A stretch of DNA of 64,000 bases from Moniliella sp. 'wahieum' (lineage: Eukaryota). Below are positions 52,236 to 64,000 of this stretch, piece by piece. Position 1 is the stretch's first letter, and each line of letters opens with the position of its first letter. The position numbers were made by a program, and so were the translations under genes. The stretch is taken from assembly GCA_003971905.1 (NCBI GenBank), contig RSEE01000001.1, positions 434,001 through 498,000 of the forward strand. The letters run 5' to 3'. A model generated the notes under the pieces. It ran no database searches, was not told where the DNA came from, and was given only the letters and a program-made list of their open reading frames with translations.

Positions 52236-53329
52236 TAAGTGCTGAGCCAGAGGGTGGCACGTGAGTTTTGGCCATGTCCCTTCAGTCCCTCCTTCGGCCT
52301 AGGAGTTCCGTGTTTTCTCGCTTCTTTTTCCTTGTTCCACAGCCTAGCCACTGGTGGCGGCTGGCTGCTTGATGTTCCTATCTAAGCATTGGTGTTGGCC
52401 GCCACCACCACTAGTGCGACTGTATCACCCCCGAGTGTCATCAGGACTCCAGATGTCATCATCAAGGAAGGCAGTAGTGTGGTTGCGTTGCTTGCATGAT
52501 CAAGGTTCCACATCTGCACTCCGTGCATTACCTCCAGCACATCTAGAGTCCCGCCTCGTCTTCTAGCCATTCGCGTGCTGAGAAAGGTCCGTCGGAATCA
52601 ACGCTGGGCCAAACGATCTTGTCCAGCGCTGCATCGGCCTTATCTTCGAGAGCATGCTCGATATGGTGTGCCTGTACCAGGGGATGTCGGCTGCCTTTTG
52701 CCGTGCCTCCTCCACCTCAGACCAAGCAACATGGGCGGGGAAGGTAACTTCGTACCGTGGCTCCGAAGGTGGAGTGGTAAAGAGGTGCTTGCCCGTGTCC
52801 GACTCGGCCAGGCGGGAGTATGACAAGGCTGGGTCAATCAACAAGAGCGCGGAGGCAGGGTGAGAGGCAATGTAAGCCTGCGCTGCGAGCCAGCAACGGG
52901 ACCACGGGAAATTACCGCAGGGGGCGCAACACTGCCCCCCGGCGCATGGCCAATGCTTGAACCAGCTCCGACTCGAGTGCTTGGGCTACAGCGTCGCCGA
53001 GTCGTAGTACCAGCGGCTTAGGTAATCCACATCCACAGTCAACACACTCCTCCGTTCGAGTTGAACTCATCCAGCCATGGCTTCCATAGTGCGTTGGATG
53101 CAGGAAGAGCGTCGGACTCCGGGAGTGGGTTGGGCTGTTGCAGCTGGAGGCCTGAGATGAGCACGAGAGGAGTGGGCGCTTGGCGTGGGCTGGTGGCGGC
53201 AGGCGGGTGGTGAGCGATGGTGGTTTTTGCTCGGGCCAGGAAGGGCAATAATGAAGGCTGGCGACGTGCAGGGAGCAAGGCTTGTGCGGGGCGCAGAGCA
53301 CGCACTACGGCTGGTCGCGAGGCCCACAT
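52236..53329 (-). CDS. Hypothetical, probably mitochondrial, alpha/beta-hydrolase-fold-like protein (3' end approximate)
   Basis: Presequence-like [14 protein letters not shown], then TPLVLISG and [15 protein letters not shown]. The fold assignment is weak. Confidence 0.4.
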
Positions 53330-53615
53330 GCTGGTGTGCTTGGGTGGCGTGGCCAGGGGAAGCTGTCCCGCGAGAAGAACCGGCGTGTGGCGTGTGCCCG
53401 GACGTGCAGCAGACACCAACCCGCGCTGGCTCGGCCGAAGCGCTTACGTAGCCGATCGTCGCATGCAACTTTCAACTTTGGTTGTCTGGCCTGCTTCGGC
53501 GGGGAACCGAGCCTGTGGGCAGAAATTACCGACCACAACTCGCCCTGCCTCCCTGCCCCTCCCCCACCCCGCTCTTCCCTGCCCCTCCCCCCACCCTGCT
53601 CTTCCCAGCAAGACC

Positions 53616-55680
53616 ATGTCTGTGGCTAATGGGGACGCCGCAGAACCGCCGCCCGAGCGTTCCCTGGGCGCCAAGCAGCGCGTCACGTATTTCTACGACC
53701 ACGACGTGGGCAACTACTCCTATGGCTATGGGCACCTCATGAAGCCCCATCGCATGCGCATGGCCAACAACCTCATCCTCAACTACGGACTATACCAGCA
53801 TATGCAGGTTCTTCGTCCTACCCGCGCCACCCCTGCTGTCTTGACCCGCTTCCACACCGACGAGTACATCGACTTTCTCCAACACTGCTCCCCAGAGACG
53901 GTGGAGAAGCTGACCTTTGGTGGCACCCGTTACCTCTGCAGCGACGACTGCCCGGGCTTCGAGGGACTGTACGAGTTCTGCACTATCTCCGCTGGTGGAT
54001 CTGTCTCTGCGGCCGCCAAACTCAACCAGGGTGTGTCCGACATCTGCATCAACTGGGGCGGTGGCCTGCATCACGCCAAGAAGCGCGAAGCGAGTGGATT
54101 TTGCTACGTCAACGACATTGTTCTGGCTGTCCTCGAGCTACTCAAGGTTCATCCTCGCGTACTCTACATTGACATTGACGTCCACCATGGGGACGGGGTC
54201 GAGGAAGCTTTCTATACGACAAATCGCGTGATGACCTGCTCCTTCCACAAATACGGCGACTTTTTCCCAGGCACTGGGCACGTCGACGATATTGGTGTCC
54301 GTCGCGGCAAGGGATATGCCGTGAATGTGCCGCTGCGCGACGGGATCAGCGATGAGTCTTATGGATTCATATTCCGTGAGATTATCGGCCACATTATCTC
54401 CTGGTTCCGGCCTGGGGCGATCGTATTGCAATGGGGCTGACAGCTTGGCTGGGGACAAGTTGGGTTCTTTCAACCTGTCGATGCAGGGCCATTCTGACTG
54501 TGTGCGCTTCGTCAAGTCGTTTGGCATACCCATGATGACTGTCGGAGGAGGAGGGTACACGATTCGCAATGTCGCACGCGCCTGGACCAATGAGACAGGT
54601 ATTATCTGCAACAAGGAGCTGGACGAGAACTTACCCTACAACCAGTACATGGAGTATTTTGGCCCTGAATACAAACTCAACGTGCCACGCAACAGCATGA
54701 CCGACAACAATACTCGCCAATATCTTGAGTCAATCCGGTACGTTCGCGCTCCCTTGTTACTATTTGTTCAGCACTGACCAAAGGCCATCCTCCTATTGCA
54801 GCAATCAAATTCTCCAACACCTCAGTGACATGCCCTTTGCCCCCGGTATTCAGTCGCGACCCATGGTCGAATCAGGTGCCGGCAGCGCTATGGCTGAGCA
54901 CTCTGACGATGAAGACTCTGATCTTGACGTCCGCATCAGCCGCAAGCTACGCGATGGCTATGTTGCTCGGGCGGGCGACGAGCTGAGTGACTCTGAGGAT
55001 GAAATACCAATGGCCCAGCAGAAGCCAGATGACAACCCCGCCAAGGACCCCCAGCTGAAGTCGGGAATGGGGAGTTTTGCCTTAGCACCTGCCCCGGCGA
55101 ACGGAAGCATCCGCAACGGGTCGGTCCGCCCGGCTCCCGCCCTCAATGGGTCTTCTTTACTCCTAGCATGTCGAATGGCAACCCCAGCAAACTCAGCCAC
55201 GACCTCGCTTCGTCCTACACCTCTTCTGCGCTGGAAGAGGACAAGGTGCGCCGCAAGCGACCGAAACGGTACTTTTTCGTGCCGGATGCGGGGTCGCACA
55301 CCAAGTTGTTGCGAGAACGAGAAGGCGCGTTGGCAACCTTGGCTGTCGCCCGCAGGGCTGCCGACTTTTTTACGGCTCAGGGCAGTCCGTTGAACCCGAT
55401 GCAACCATCGATCCCCTCCTTTACTCCCACCCTACCCCCGCCTCCGGCCTCCCCATCCACCACCTCAGAGATAGACCCAAGTCTCATCGCCGGTCTTCCC
55501 GGCGGGGCCAGACTAAAATCTGGGACGGGGAGCCGATCCTTTCGGACGCGGAGCCTTGACAGGGATTTTATCCCATTGTCCCCGCAGTTTTCTCCTATTC
55601 TCCCAGTCTCAGACCGAACACGTCTGCTAGGGTCCCATGTATTGTATAAGGGTCGCTCTCTTGTCGGACTCGGTTTATAA
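53616..55680 (+). CDS. Class I histone deacetylase (Rpd3/Clr6-like)
   Basis: [88 protein letters not shown]. Intron about 54738-54801. Confidence 0.95.
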
Positions 55681-55900
55681 CACGTTTGCCATCCTAAGAT
55701 AATATGCAGAAGGGGCCGACCAAGATATGGGTACAGGGGATCCTTGGGTCGCCATGTACGTGATGGACACCGCGGACGAATTGGATATGACGCGAAAAGG
55801 GAGCGAGAAAAGCCCATCAGGGTGGGTGGAATACCCCTGGAGCAAGCAGGACAAAGGTGAGGGGGTAGAAGATGAACGTGTGGCGACGGGTGTGCGCCGC

Positions 55901-56611
55901 TTAAAAGTCGCCATCGTCCTCGTCGGGCAACGGGGCGGCGGCGGCCGTGTCCAGCTCCTGCTGGTACTTCTGCATCAGAGCCGCGTCGACCTGAACTTCG
56001 GGGGGAGCGAGAGCCGGGGCGGCGACAAACTCGGGTTGTTGTTACCAACGAGCTTGCGGGCAAGCCAGAGGAAAGGCTTCTCAAAGTTGTAGTTGCTCTT
56101 GGCCGAAATCTCAAAGTACTGCAGGTTCTTCTTGCGGTGGAAGGTGACAGCGCCCGTCTTGACCTTGCGCTCCTTAACATCGACCTTGTTACCGCAAAGG
56201 ACAAAATGGGATGTTCTCGCACACGCGCTCCAGTCGCAGGTCGCGGTACCAGTTGGGTACGTTCTTGTACGTAATACGCGAAGTAACATCGAACATGATG
56301 ATGCCGCACTGGCCCTGGATGTAGTAGCCGTCGCGCAGGCCACCGAACTTCTCCTGGCCAGCCGTGTCCCAAACGTTGAAAACAATGTTGCCAAAGTTGG
56401 TGTGGAAGGAGAGCGGGTGGACCTCGACACCGAGGGTGGCAATGTACTTCTTCTCAAACTCGCCCGTCAGGTGGCGCTTGACGAACGTCGTTTGCCGGTG
56501 CCGCCGTCGCCGACTGAGCAAGAGGGAGGCAGGGTCAGATGCATGCACGCTCAGAATTCCAGAGAGGTACGCACCGAGCACAAGCTTGAACGTGGGGACT
56601 TCGGCAGCCAT
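55901..56611 (-). CDS. GSP1: Ran GTPase
   Basis: [86 protein letters not shown], acidic tail DEDDGDF*. Confidence 0.97.
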
Positions 56612-57029
56612 GGTGGGGACAGAAGGGTGGGTGGTGGAAGGGGGGGCTCGGACACCAAGCATGCGAGGCCAGCCCGCCCTGCTGCACGCACCCCGACGCA
56701 AAACGCGTCCATCGGCAGCCTCTGGCAAAAAAAATCGTGCAGCTGGGCACAGCGCCCCTGTGCCACGCGTTTGAACCTTGCGTTTGCCCCCTTGTGCCGT
56801 GCTGCGCCGCTGCCCTGCAAGCGCCAGCCCCCACACGTCTGTGCTTCCTGTTTCTTCGCAGGCTGAGGGCTCCGCCTGAGCGCATCGGTGCAACAGCATC
56901 ACATGCCATATTTCCTCGCTCCGCTGCCGTCCCCTCGAGCAGGACGCCGGCCAGGTGGGAAAAAATCTTTTGCGTCCCCTCAACCTTAGCGTATTCTCTC
57001 CGCGCCCACCCCCGCCCCGCCTCCACACC

Positions 57030-58261
57030 ATGTCTTCCGACACGCCCTCCAAGCGCAAGAACCACTCGCCGGGCGAGCGCAAGACCAAAAAGCCCGCACG
57101 AGCGAGGAAAGACAGACAAACACGCCAAGTCCCGCTCCGGCAGCAGCACAGCAGCACCAAGACCCACAAGTCCAAGAAACCAGCCGTCGTCCCAGCGCTC
57201 TGACCTATCTCTGCTTGATGGTACCGATTCGGACGAGAATTCTGAGGCCGTGTCTTGCTACCGCAAAATGTATCCTACCCTTCACATGGCAATCCGCCTG
57301 TCTTTGCTGCTGATCCAACCCGAGCGGTGGCCGAACTGTTTGACACAATGCTCTTGCAGTACGTTTCCTTCTCTCTGTCCATTTCAGGGTGTGAGATTGT
57401 GCAACTGACGAAGAGGATTTCAGATACGTCCCCGAGCTGCAGGGCGTATTGGTTACCATCACGTCACCCCCAAGTCCTTCCAGCGCCCAACGGGCCGGAT
57501 TGAGGCTGATGGCGCATTCGGGTTGGTCCCCACCCAGGTCGGCTGCCTGGTGTGGAGCCCGAGGATAGGCATGAAGGTGGAGGGGAAGATCATCTTGTCC
57601 TCACCGTCCCATGTATCTCTATGCTTGATGGCCTGTTCAATGCGTCCATCAGTTCGCAGCACATTGATCTCGCTCATTGGGAATTTGTCCATGACGAGGC
57701 GGAAGAGGCTGAGCAGCCGAGGCGGAAGCAAACGACGAGGCAGGTCGCCTTTTGAAGGGGAAGGAGACATGGCGCGCCGCATTCCCTTGGCTACTGGCGC
57801 AAGCAAGAAAGATTTTCGCGTCTTGGTGGCGCAGACGGCAAGCTGACCTTCACGGTGGTGAGCATGACAGTTGCAAAGCATATGCTTACGTTGCATGGTA
57901 GTCTACTGCCGCGACCTTTCAGTGTTCCCCCCCAGATGAGCAGGAACATGACATTGAATCTCTTCTTCCTCCTCTGGAAGGCACAGCGCGGGAGATGACC
58001 ACGTCGGAAAAGATCATGTTTGATCGTCGGATGCGTCTGGTGGAGGAACGGCGCCAACGTATGGAGGCGGCAACACAGGAGGCCCAGGCACCAGTGAAAA
58101 GCCAAGGCAAGCGTGTTCGATGGCACGACGATGAGTCTGATTCAGAGGAAGCACCGGCCCAACCGACGGCACCCTCGAACCCTCCCAAGGTGGAGTCTGC
58201 AGCGGCGAAGCGGTCGGGTGCGATTGCAGAAGGTAGCCAAGGGAAGATTACTTTTGACTAA
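57030..58261 (+). CDS. RPA43: RNA polymerase I subunit Rpa43
   Basis: [63 protein letters not shown]. Confidence 0.8.
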
Positions 58262-58910
58262 CTTCTTTTCCTTTTGTTCGTCCGACCCTGCGTTTCTTCG
58301 CTCACTCTCTCTTCTTTTTCCTGCCAATTCTTTATGCATACCGACAACTTCACCCATATGCCCCGCCGCTGTCATGCAGTGAAGGTTGATAGAGCCCAGC
58401 TGCATATGAGCAGCTTGAGGGTGAGCGTCAAGTGAAGAATTATACCTATGGAGACGCGAGATCCTGGAAACTTTCGTTGAAGGCCCGAGTGACGCGGGGA
58501 TAGAGTGGGGGGGCAACCTCGGATCCGCGGCCGCATGGTAGCGTCTACAACCCCCTTTATAGGGTCTTCGGCAACCCGCCATGACCTCGATTCTGGGGTT
58601 GTTGCTGTGATATGCACCTGGCGTCACTGTCCGGACCCTCATTGGCAACTGCAGTGTTGGACAGTTGACACCATCACGCGGGTCTCGGGTCACTCCAATC
58701 CCAGTGAGATGAAAACATGTGTCTAGTATCCTCCTCTGAGCCACACGCGACGAAAGAAAGATATATAATCGCAGTAATATATACGTAGGCAACAGACTGT
58801 GACCGCGGTACATGCCAGAAGCCTTCGAGAAGTATGGCCAATCGAAGCACAGAACAATAGTGTCAACAACAACAACAACCACAGAGAGCCCGGAAATGGA
58901 TGCAGGCTCT

Positions 58911-59459
58911 TCACTTTTCATGAAAGTATGCCGGAGGCGGTGGGCCGGAGGGGGCGGATAAGAAAAAGAAGGCTCTTGCCCGGAGGGTGTCATTGACGGA
59001 TGGGCAGGGCCCGTCCAGCCCGGGGTCTCGCCCTGCCCTGGCATCTGCATGGGAGGCGCCATAGATGATGGCATCATTCCATATGGGTAGGAGCCCGATC
59101 CCGGCGGTTGAGCAGCCGTCGTGGGGGCTGGCAGAGGCTGAGAAGGTAGAGGCGGTTGAACGGTAAGCGTCCGTTGACGGCGGCGACGGCGCATCAGGCC
59201 GAACAGGAGGACGGCCAGCAACAAAGCCACCCCTGCGACAACTGCCCAGCCTAGTCGGCCGCAAGCGCATGTCCCAAATGAAGCAGTATCACGCACACCC
59301 GATGAAGACTTGTCAGGATGAATGGTGCAGAAAGGGTGCACAAATGAGAAGGAAATGGGGGGACGTACCGATGCCCCACTTGCTGCCATTGGACAGGCCG
59401 CACCGATACCGATAGCCGTACCGGTCGTAGCACCAGGAGCGTTGGGCCAGAGAAGGCAT
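58911..59459 (-). CDS. Small single-pass membrane protein with a C-terminal PY motif (Rcr1-like Rsp5 adaptor)
   Basis: MPSLAQRSWCYDRYGYRYRCGLSNGSKWGI, intron GTACGT..TAG, TM WAVVAGVALLLAVLLFGLM, basic RRRRRQR, and a Pro-rich tail ending PPPPAYFHEK*. Confidence 0.55.
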
Positions 59460-60199
59460 AGAAGAAATACAAGGTAGGGGGAAGTGGAAGATGGGGGGGA
59501 GGGGGCGTATATAAATGAAGGCCGAGGTGCGCAGCGTTGCTGCGATCGGGTCGGTGCACTGCAATGCAGCCTAGGCAATACTCAATATAGGAACAGGCCC
59601 CGGGCAATGGAGATCCCCGGCTTGGCAGCTTTCGGACACTGGCGCTGTGCTCTCCCAGGCCAACTACGGAGCAACGGAATGAAGTGCTAACGCTTAAATA
59701 TGACATCACGTGTGACATGTGACATGTGACAAGTAACCTCCAGCCTGGGGGCATGCGGCGTGGCGCCAGTCTTGCCCATCCCTCTCCGAGCGCCTTGCGG
59801 TGTGATGCGGTGCATGTGATGCTGTGCTTGTGAATGTGAGCGTAAGGCCGCGTGAGGGAATAGGTGGCCGATGACCTCACTGGTAAGGCAAGGCGCCAAC
59901 CGTCCACGCGGGTGTGATATAGCATGTGATGTAGGGTGATGTGCCTCAGGCACTCCCCCACATTGGCAGGCACACCCCCGCACCCCCGCAACTCCATTCC
60001 GCCTGTCGTGCCTGTCGGCTGGCCTGGCGGGGCGGGGCGAGCACGGGCCAGGAGGCGTAATGGGCACTGCGGTAGTCCAGCTGTGCATTGGTACTCCGTA
60101 GCACTCAGGCGGCTGTTATACGCGCATAGACCCCCCCCCGCCCCTCGCCCCGTCCGCCCCATCTCTGTGCGCCGGCACGCCCGCAGGCAGCTGCCCGGG

Positions 60200-60910
60200 A
60201 TGATCGCAATCCATACGGAACTAGACCAGCTGCTCAAACGCATTTGGATGAGATCCAGAAAATGTTTGCTCTGCTGCTGTTTGTGTGTGAGTGCCTCCCC
60301 GCGCGTCAGGCGTACCACCCTATCAGGGGAGAGGAAGACGTTTCCACCGAGGCGGGGGCCTTGGACGCACACAGGGCCTGAGAGCACTTCTCCCCGCACC
60401 ATACCGATGCCTTTTTGATCCGCAACGCGTCCATGCCCCCTACCTCATCCCACTCTTTGTTGAAGCATATTCCCGTGTGAATTTCATGCCGCGCTATGCT
60501 CCGCTTCAAGTGGTCACCGACCTTGGTGCCAACGGCACCCTCCCCAACATCCTCCGCGTCCGGGCCGTGATGAAGGAATCGAGGACCGATTGGAGCCAAG
60601 CAGATGAACTGCCGGTTGATGTTCCCTTACCCCGCACCTGCATTTCCACTCCATCTTTTGCTGTCCCGTGTCAAAAGAGCAAGGCTCGACCAAGAATCCG
60701 CCCATGCTCATGCCCTGTGGCCACGCCGTCTGCAAAGAGTCCCTGATCAAACTTGCCAACGGAGGCTCGTACGGTTTTCTCCTCTTTTCCCCTCGTGCAC
60801 TTGGCCTAACTAACCCCTCTCTCCCCGTGCACAGCCTAGATCGCCTGGTCAAATGTCTCTACTGCCCCTCACATTCGACGGTGGGTCAGGCAATGCGTAT
60901 CTTTTTCGGA
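60200..60910 (+). pseudogene. RMD5: Rmd5/Gid2 (RMND5) GID-complex RING subunit, internally deleted or mis-assembled
   Basis: C-terminal motifs PLQVVTDLG, WSQADELPVDVPL, FHSIF..PVSKEQ..NPPMLMPCGHAVCKESL, KCLYCP are present. Only about 700 bp long, with no LisH/CTLH region. Confidence 0.7.
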
Positions 60911-61529
60911 ATATCGAACGCGCCGTCGGTTCGCCATATCAGTCCTTCTTTCACCCTCATCATATCCCTAACGTCATCCCTGTACGCTACTCGCACGATC
61001 TCCCTGTCCCCGCCCGTCTCACTGCCACACAATCCGCAGCACATTGGTATGCTTTGGTACATGTCCTGCGCGACTGTGCTTGGATTTTATTCGGGCCCCG
61101 CTGGCTGGCTTGGGTGTGAACCCACCGCGTTACAGAACGCCGGGGCTGCACCGAACAGTACCAAGGTAAAAGGGGCCTCATCTATAACCAAAAACGCGCA
61201 CGTACTGTTTAACCCCCATCTCCCTTGTAAAGCGAGCGGGAAGCAGCGACAGAATGCTTCTTTTTATCCAGAGAAGAGAACGAAATAGAGGCCAACGCGG
61301 CGCTGTCCCTCACGCACCAAGCAACCACCCCCCTTCTACGGGTCCGACACGGTAGATTGTTCGAGAGAGCCGGAAGCAAGAGGGGAGAAGGCTGCCAGGA
61401 AAGCGGTCATAAACAATGTGCAACGAACAGAGAGAGGCATGATCATAGGTATCCATTCAACATTGCAGAGATTCCGATATACGTGCGACAGGGCTGACGT
61501 TGATGGGCGTCTGCGTCGCGCGCTCAGGG

Positions 61530-64000
61530 TCAGCTGGGGCATAGGGGTGACGGTTGAGGCAAGGCGGTGGGAGTGAGGAGTAGAACGGAAGCACTGGTCG
61601 GGTGGTGAGGGGGGACAGTGGGAGGGGAGATGGTGTCGGCCGAGTCGAGGCTGCTGGTGCGGGAGAGGGAGAAGGGGGAAGGGGAAACTAAGTGCCACGA
61701 TGGCGTGGCCTCAAGCATGGATCGGCAAGACGAGCTATGCTCTTGGTCTCCTGCCCTGTGCCCAGACCACAGTCGATGGACGAAGCTCTCGCTCTCGTAC
61801 CACAACGAGGAGGCCAGCGAAAGGACGAGGTAGGGGAGGAGCTCATCAGGACGAGTCCACACTTCCAACCGCTACCAGGCTTGGGGTGAGGAAGAGGAGG
61901 TAGTTGGGGGCACTGGGTCCAAAGATGGGGAAGACACTGGACCCGAAGCGTCCTCGCCCAAAGCGCCCTCGCCCAAAGCGCCCTCGCCCAAAGCGCCCTC
62001 GCCCGATCCGGGAAGAGGTAGTGGAGATGATACAGATGCGTTGGGCTCGAGATCAGCTGTCATTGATGACTCTCCAACGACGGTTTGGACCAGAGCGGCA
62101 GAAGTGCTTCTGGTGGGCGACACCGGTGACAGGACCCGGCGTTGATCCGATTGGTTTAGTACTCTGCCTGCTACAGCAAGTGGTGCGTGGGAAATGGTAT
62201 GATCCGACTGGCGAAGAGAGGAGTCAAGAAGGTTAGTGCTCCTTATCAGTGTGTATGATAAGACAGTTGGACAGGAAAGTATTATCATCTCCAACAGGGC
62301 CAAACTGGAAGTGCATGACGTACCGTGCTTGTCGACTTGTGCAAAGAGCGTGAGCCCCAACTTCGTACGCTGTTGAACGAAGTGAGGTGGGTGTTGTGCT
62401 GTTCGAGCCGTCCAGCGGGCGCCGACACGTCATTATGCCCAGAAGGAGGCAACTTGGAGTGCACTGAATCCAGGCCATGGCTGCTCGCAGGTGTTGGTAA
62501 AGACAATCTGGGCACAAGGGGGTCCCATCGTCTCCAATAAGGGGAATCGGCGTTCTGCGATCTCACTTGTGGTTCCGACTGCGTCGGGACCGGGGTTGGG
62601 GCCCAAGTGGAAAGACGATGAAGGGCAGTGTGGAACTTGTACCGACGGGAACGGAGGCTGGACAGTCCCGAGGTTCGGGCAGAGTTGACAGATTGGATCC
62701 ATGCCGTTCGTGTTTCTTGCCCTGCGCTCTCCCGCACCGTGGACCGAAGGTTGTTGGGTGCAACGGAATGCGATCGAGATGGCTGGGTCGACCGACTAAT
62801 CAAGTCGAGTTGGTAGTTCTTCCCGCTATTGTTATCCCAATACTCTTGTCCGTCAGCAGCGAACCGGAGGCAGAGTTGGATGGAAGTGACGACGGTCTCC
62901 TCCTCAAGCTCGGGAGCCATGGGGTCAAGCCACAGGTGGGGACGAATGGTGAACCCAAAGCGGTCCGCGCGGCCGCACTTGATGGTCTCTTGATGTGTGC
63001 ACCCCACCTCCCGGATTGTCTTCCAGTTATCGAGGGTGTAGCGCACGGCAACCCGCTTCTCAAACGCCAAGTTTTCCACTTGCACCGTTCCATCGAGGGA
63101 GAAAGAGTCCTCCGAGAGAGCAATCCGCTCAAGAAAGACGGGTTGGGGGAAAGCCATGGAGGAAAGTTGGGATGAGGAAGGGAAGTTGGGCATCCGCAAC
63201 ACCAACTTTGACCCGTCTCTGTTGGCCGCGAACGAAAAATGGGAGACCGCCAAGTTGATCCTTGGAAGGACAAATGACCGAGGTGGGAGGAAGGGAGAAC
63301 AGGTGTGCTCCCTAGGTTCAGGAAAGGGAAGTAAGGACGAGTCCTGAACGCATCGTTGTCGCTTTCGGTTTCCGTTTCGGTCAGATCAATGGCCGTGTCG
63401 CTGCTGACGGCCGACGGACGTGAATGGTAGTTAAACAGTTTGACTTGCTCCAAATTCGCGTCAAAGTGGACCGCCTTCATGGAGGGAGTAGAAGGTAAAC
63501 TCTTGGCCCAGACACGAGCCGGGGTTGGGGAGTTGAACCCAAAGGGGGAAAATAAAGGATCCGATTCGGCCGGGGTCTGAGCAGAACTGGGCCTCATTTT
63601 GAGCGAAGGCTTGACAAGTTCCCCCGACTTTTTCCGTACCTCGTGCGGGGTACTTGTGCGAGGGTCGTTGCTTTGTTCGAAGGGCAAGGAGGAGGGGAGA
63701 TGCTTGGTGTCGATCTGGAGGAGGCCATGTGAACTGAGATTGGGACTGCTGTAGGACTGGAGGGATCGTAGCTTCCAGCTAGCCGCTTCGAGCGCATTCT
63801 GGGTCACAATGGCTGAGTTGAATGACGCCAAGGGGGAAGTAGATTCACTGGCGGAGACCAATCCCGGTCGCCCGCCTCTCCAAAGAAGGTCGATGGGTGG
63901 TGACGAAGCGGAAGGGAAGGGATTCGGCTTGGATGGGCAAGGTGCCATTCGAGGGAGGGCACTGTTGGTGGGCTCCGTTTCCCAATCCCTTCTCAGCATT
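61530..64000 (-). CDS. Glycogen-targeting PP1 regulatory subunit with a CBM21 domain (Gac1/Pig1-like; 5' end beyond or at the window edge, 3' end approximate)
   Basis: VRKKSGELVKPSLK, RVxF-type KAVHFDANLEQVKLF, and CBM21 motifs GTVQVENLAFEKRVAVRYTLDNW, DRFGF, QEYWDNNSGKNY. Confidence 0.9.
61946..62004. repeat. 15-bp tandem repeat AAGCGCCCTCGCCCA, about 4 copies (GEGAL repeats on the minus strand)
   Basis: Read directly from the sequence. Confidence 0.9.

Overview
Gene-dense, GC-rich, intron-poor fungal DNA, most likely a basidiomycete (Ustilaginomycotina-like; this is inference from gene style). It holds about 25 mostly housekeeping genes, including a USP7/Ubp15 3' part, importin-11, Dml1, mS45/Bot1, two CaM kinases, Sac1, Kre6, Dgk1, Ost5, Atp16, a complex I subunit, Srp14, Rpl35, a TBC Rab-GAP, a Pbr1-like SDR, TSPO, an Rpd3-type HDAC, Ran, Rpa43, an Rmd5 remnant and a CBM21 PP1-targeting subunit. 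There is also a tRNA-Ala(AGC) and a retroelement island at about 18.6-22.5 kb. Almost every gene, including Ran and Rpl35, carries 1-bp frameshifts, which most likely reflects unpolished long-read errors, so CDS boundaries are approximate. Four observations stand out. (1) A SET-domain methyltransferase appears fused to the tRNA A34 deaminase subunit Tad3. (2) Intergenic regions carry a recurring 7-bp lattice, T[CG]A-(4-bp palindrome)-T[CG]A, with at least 11 different palindromic spacers. (3) A 322-bp solo LTR with a perfect 5-bp TSD sits inside the USP7 coding sequence, and its ends form a frame-restoring GT..AG pair. (4) The Rmd5/Gid2 gene lacks its central LisH/CTLH region.
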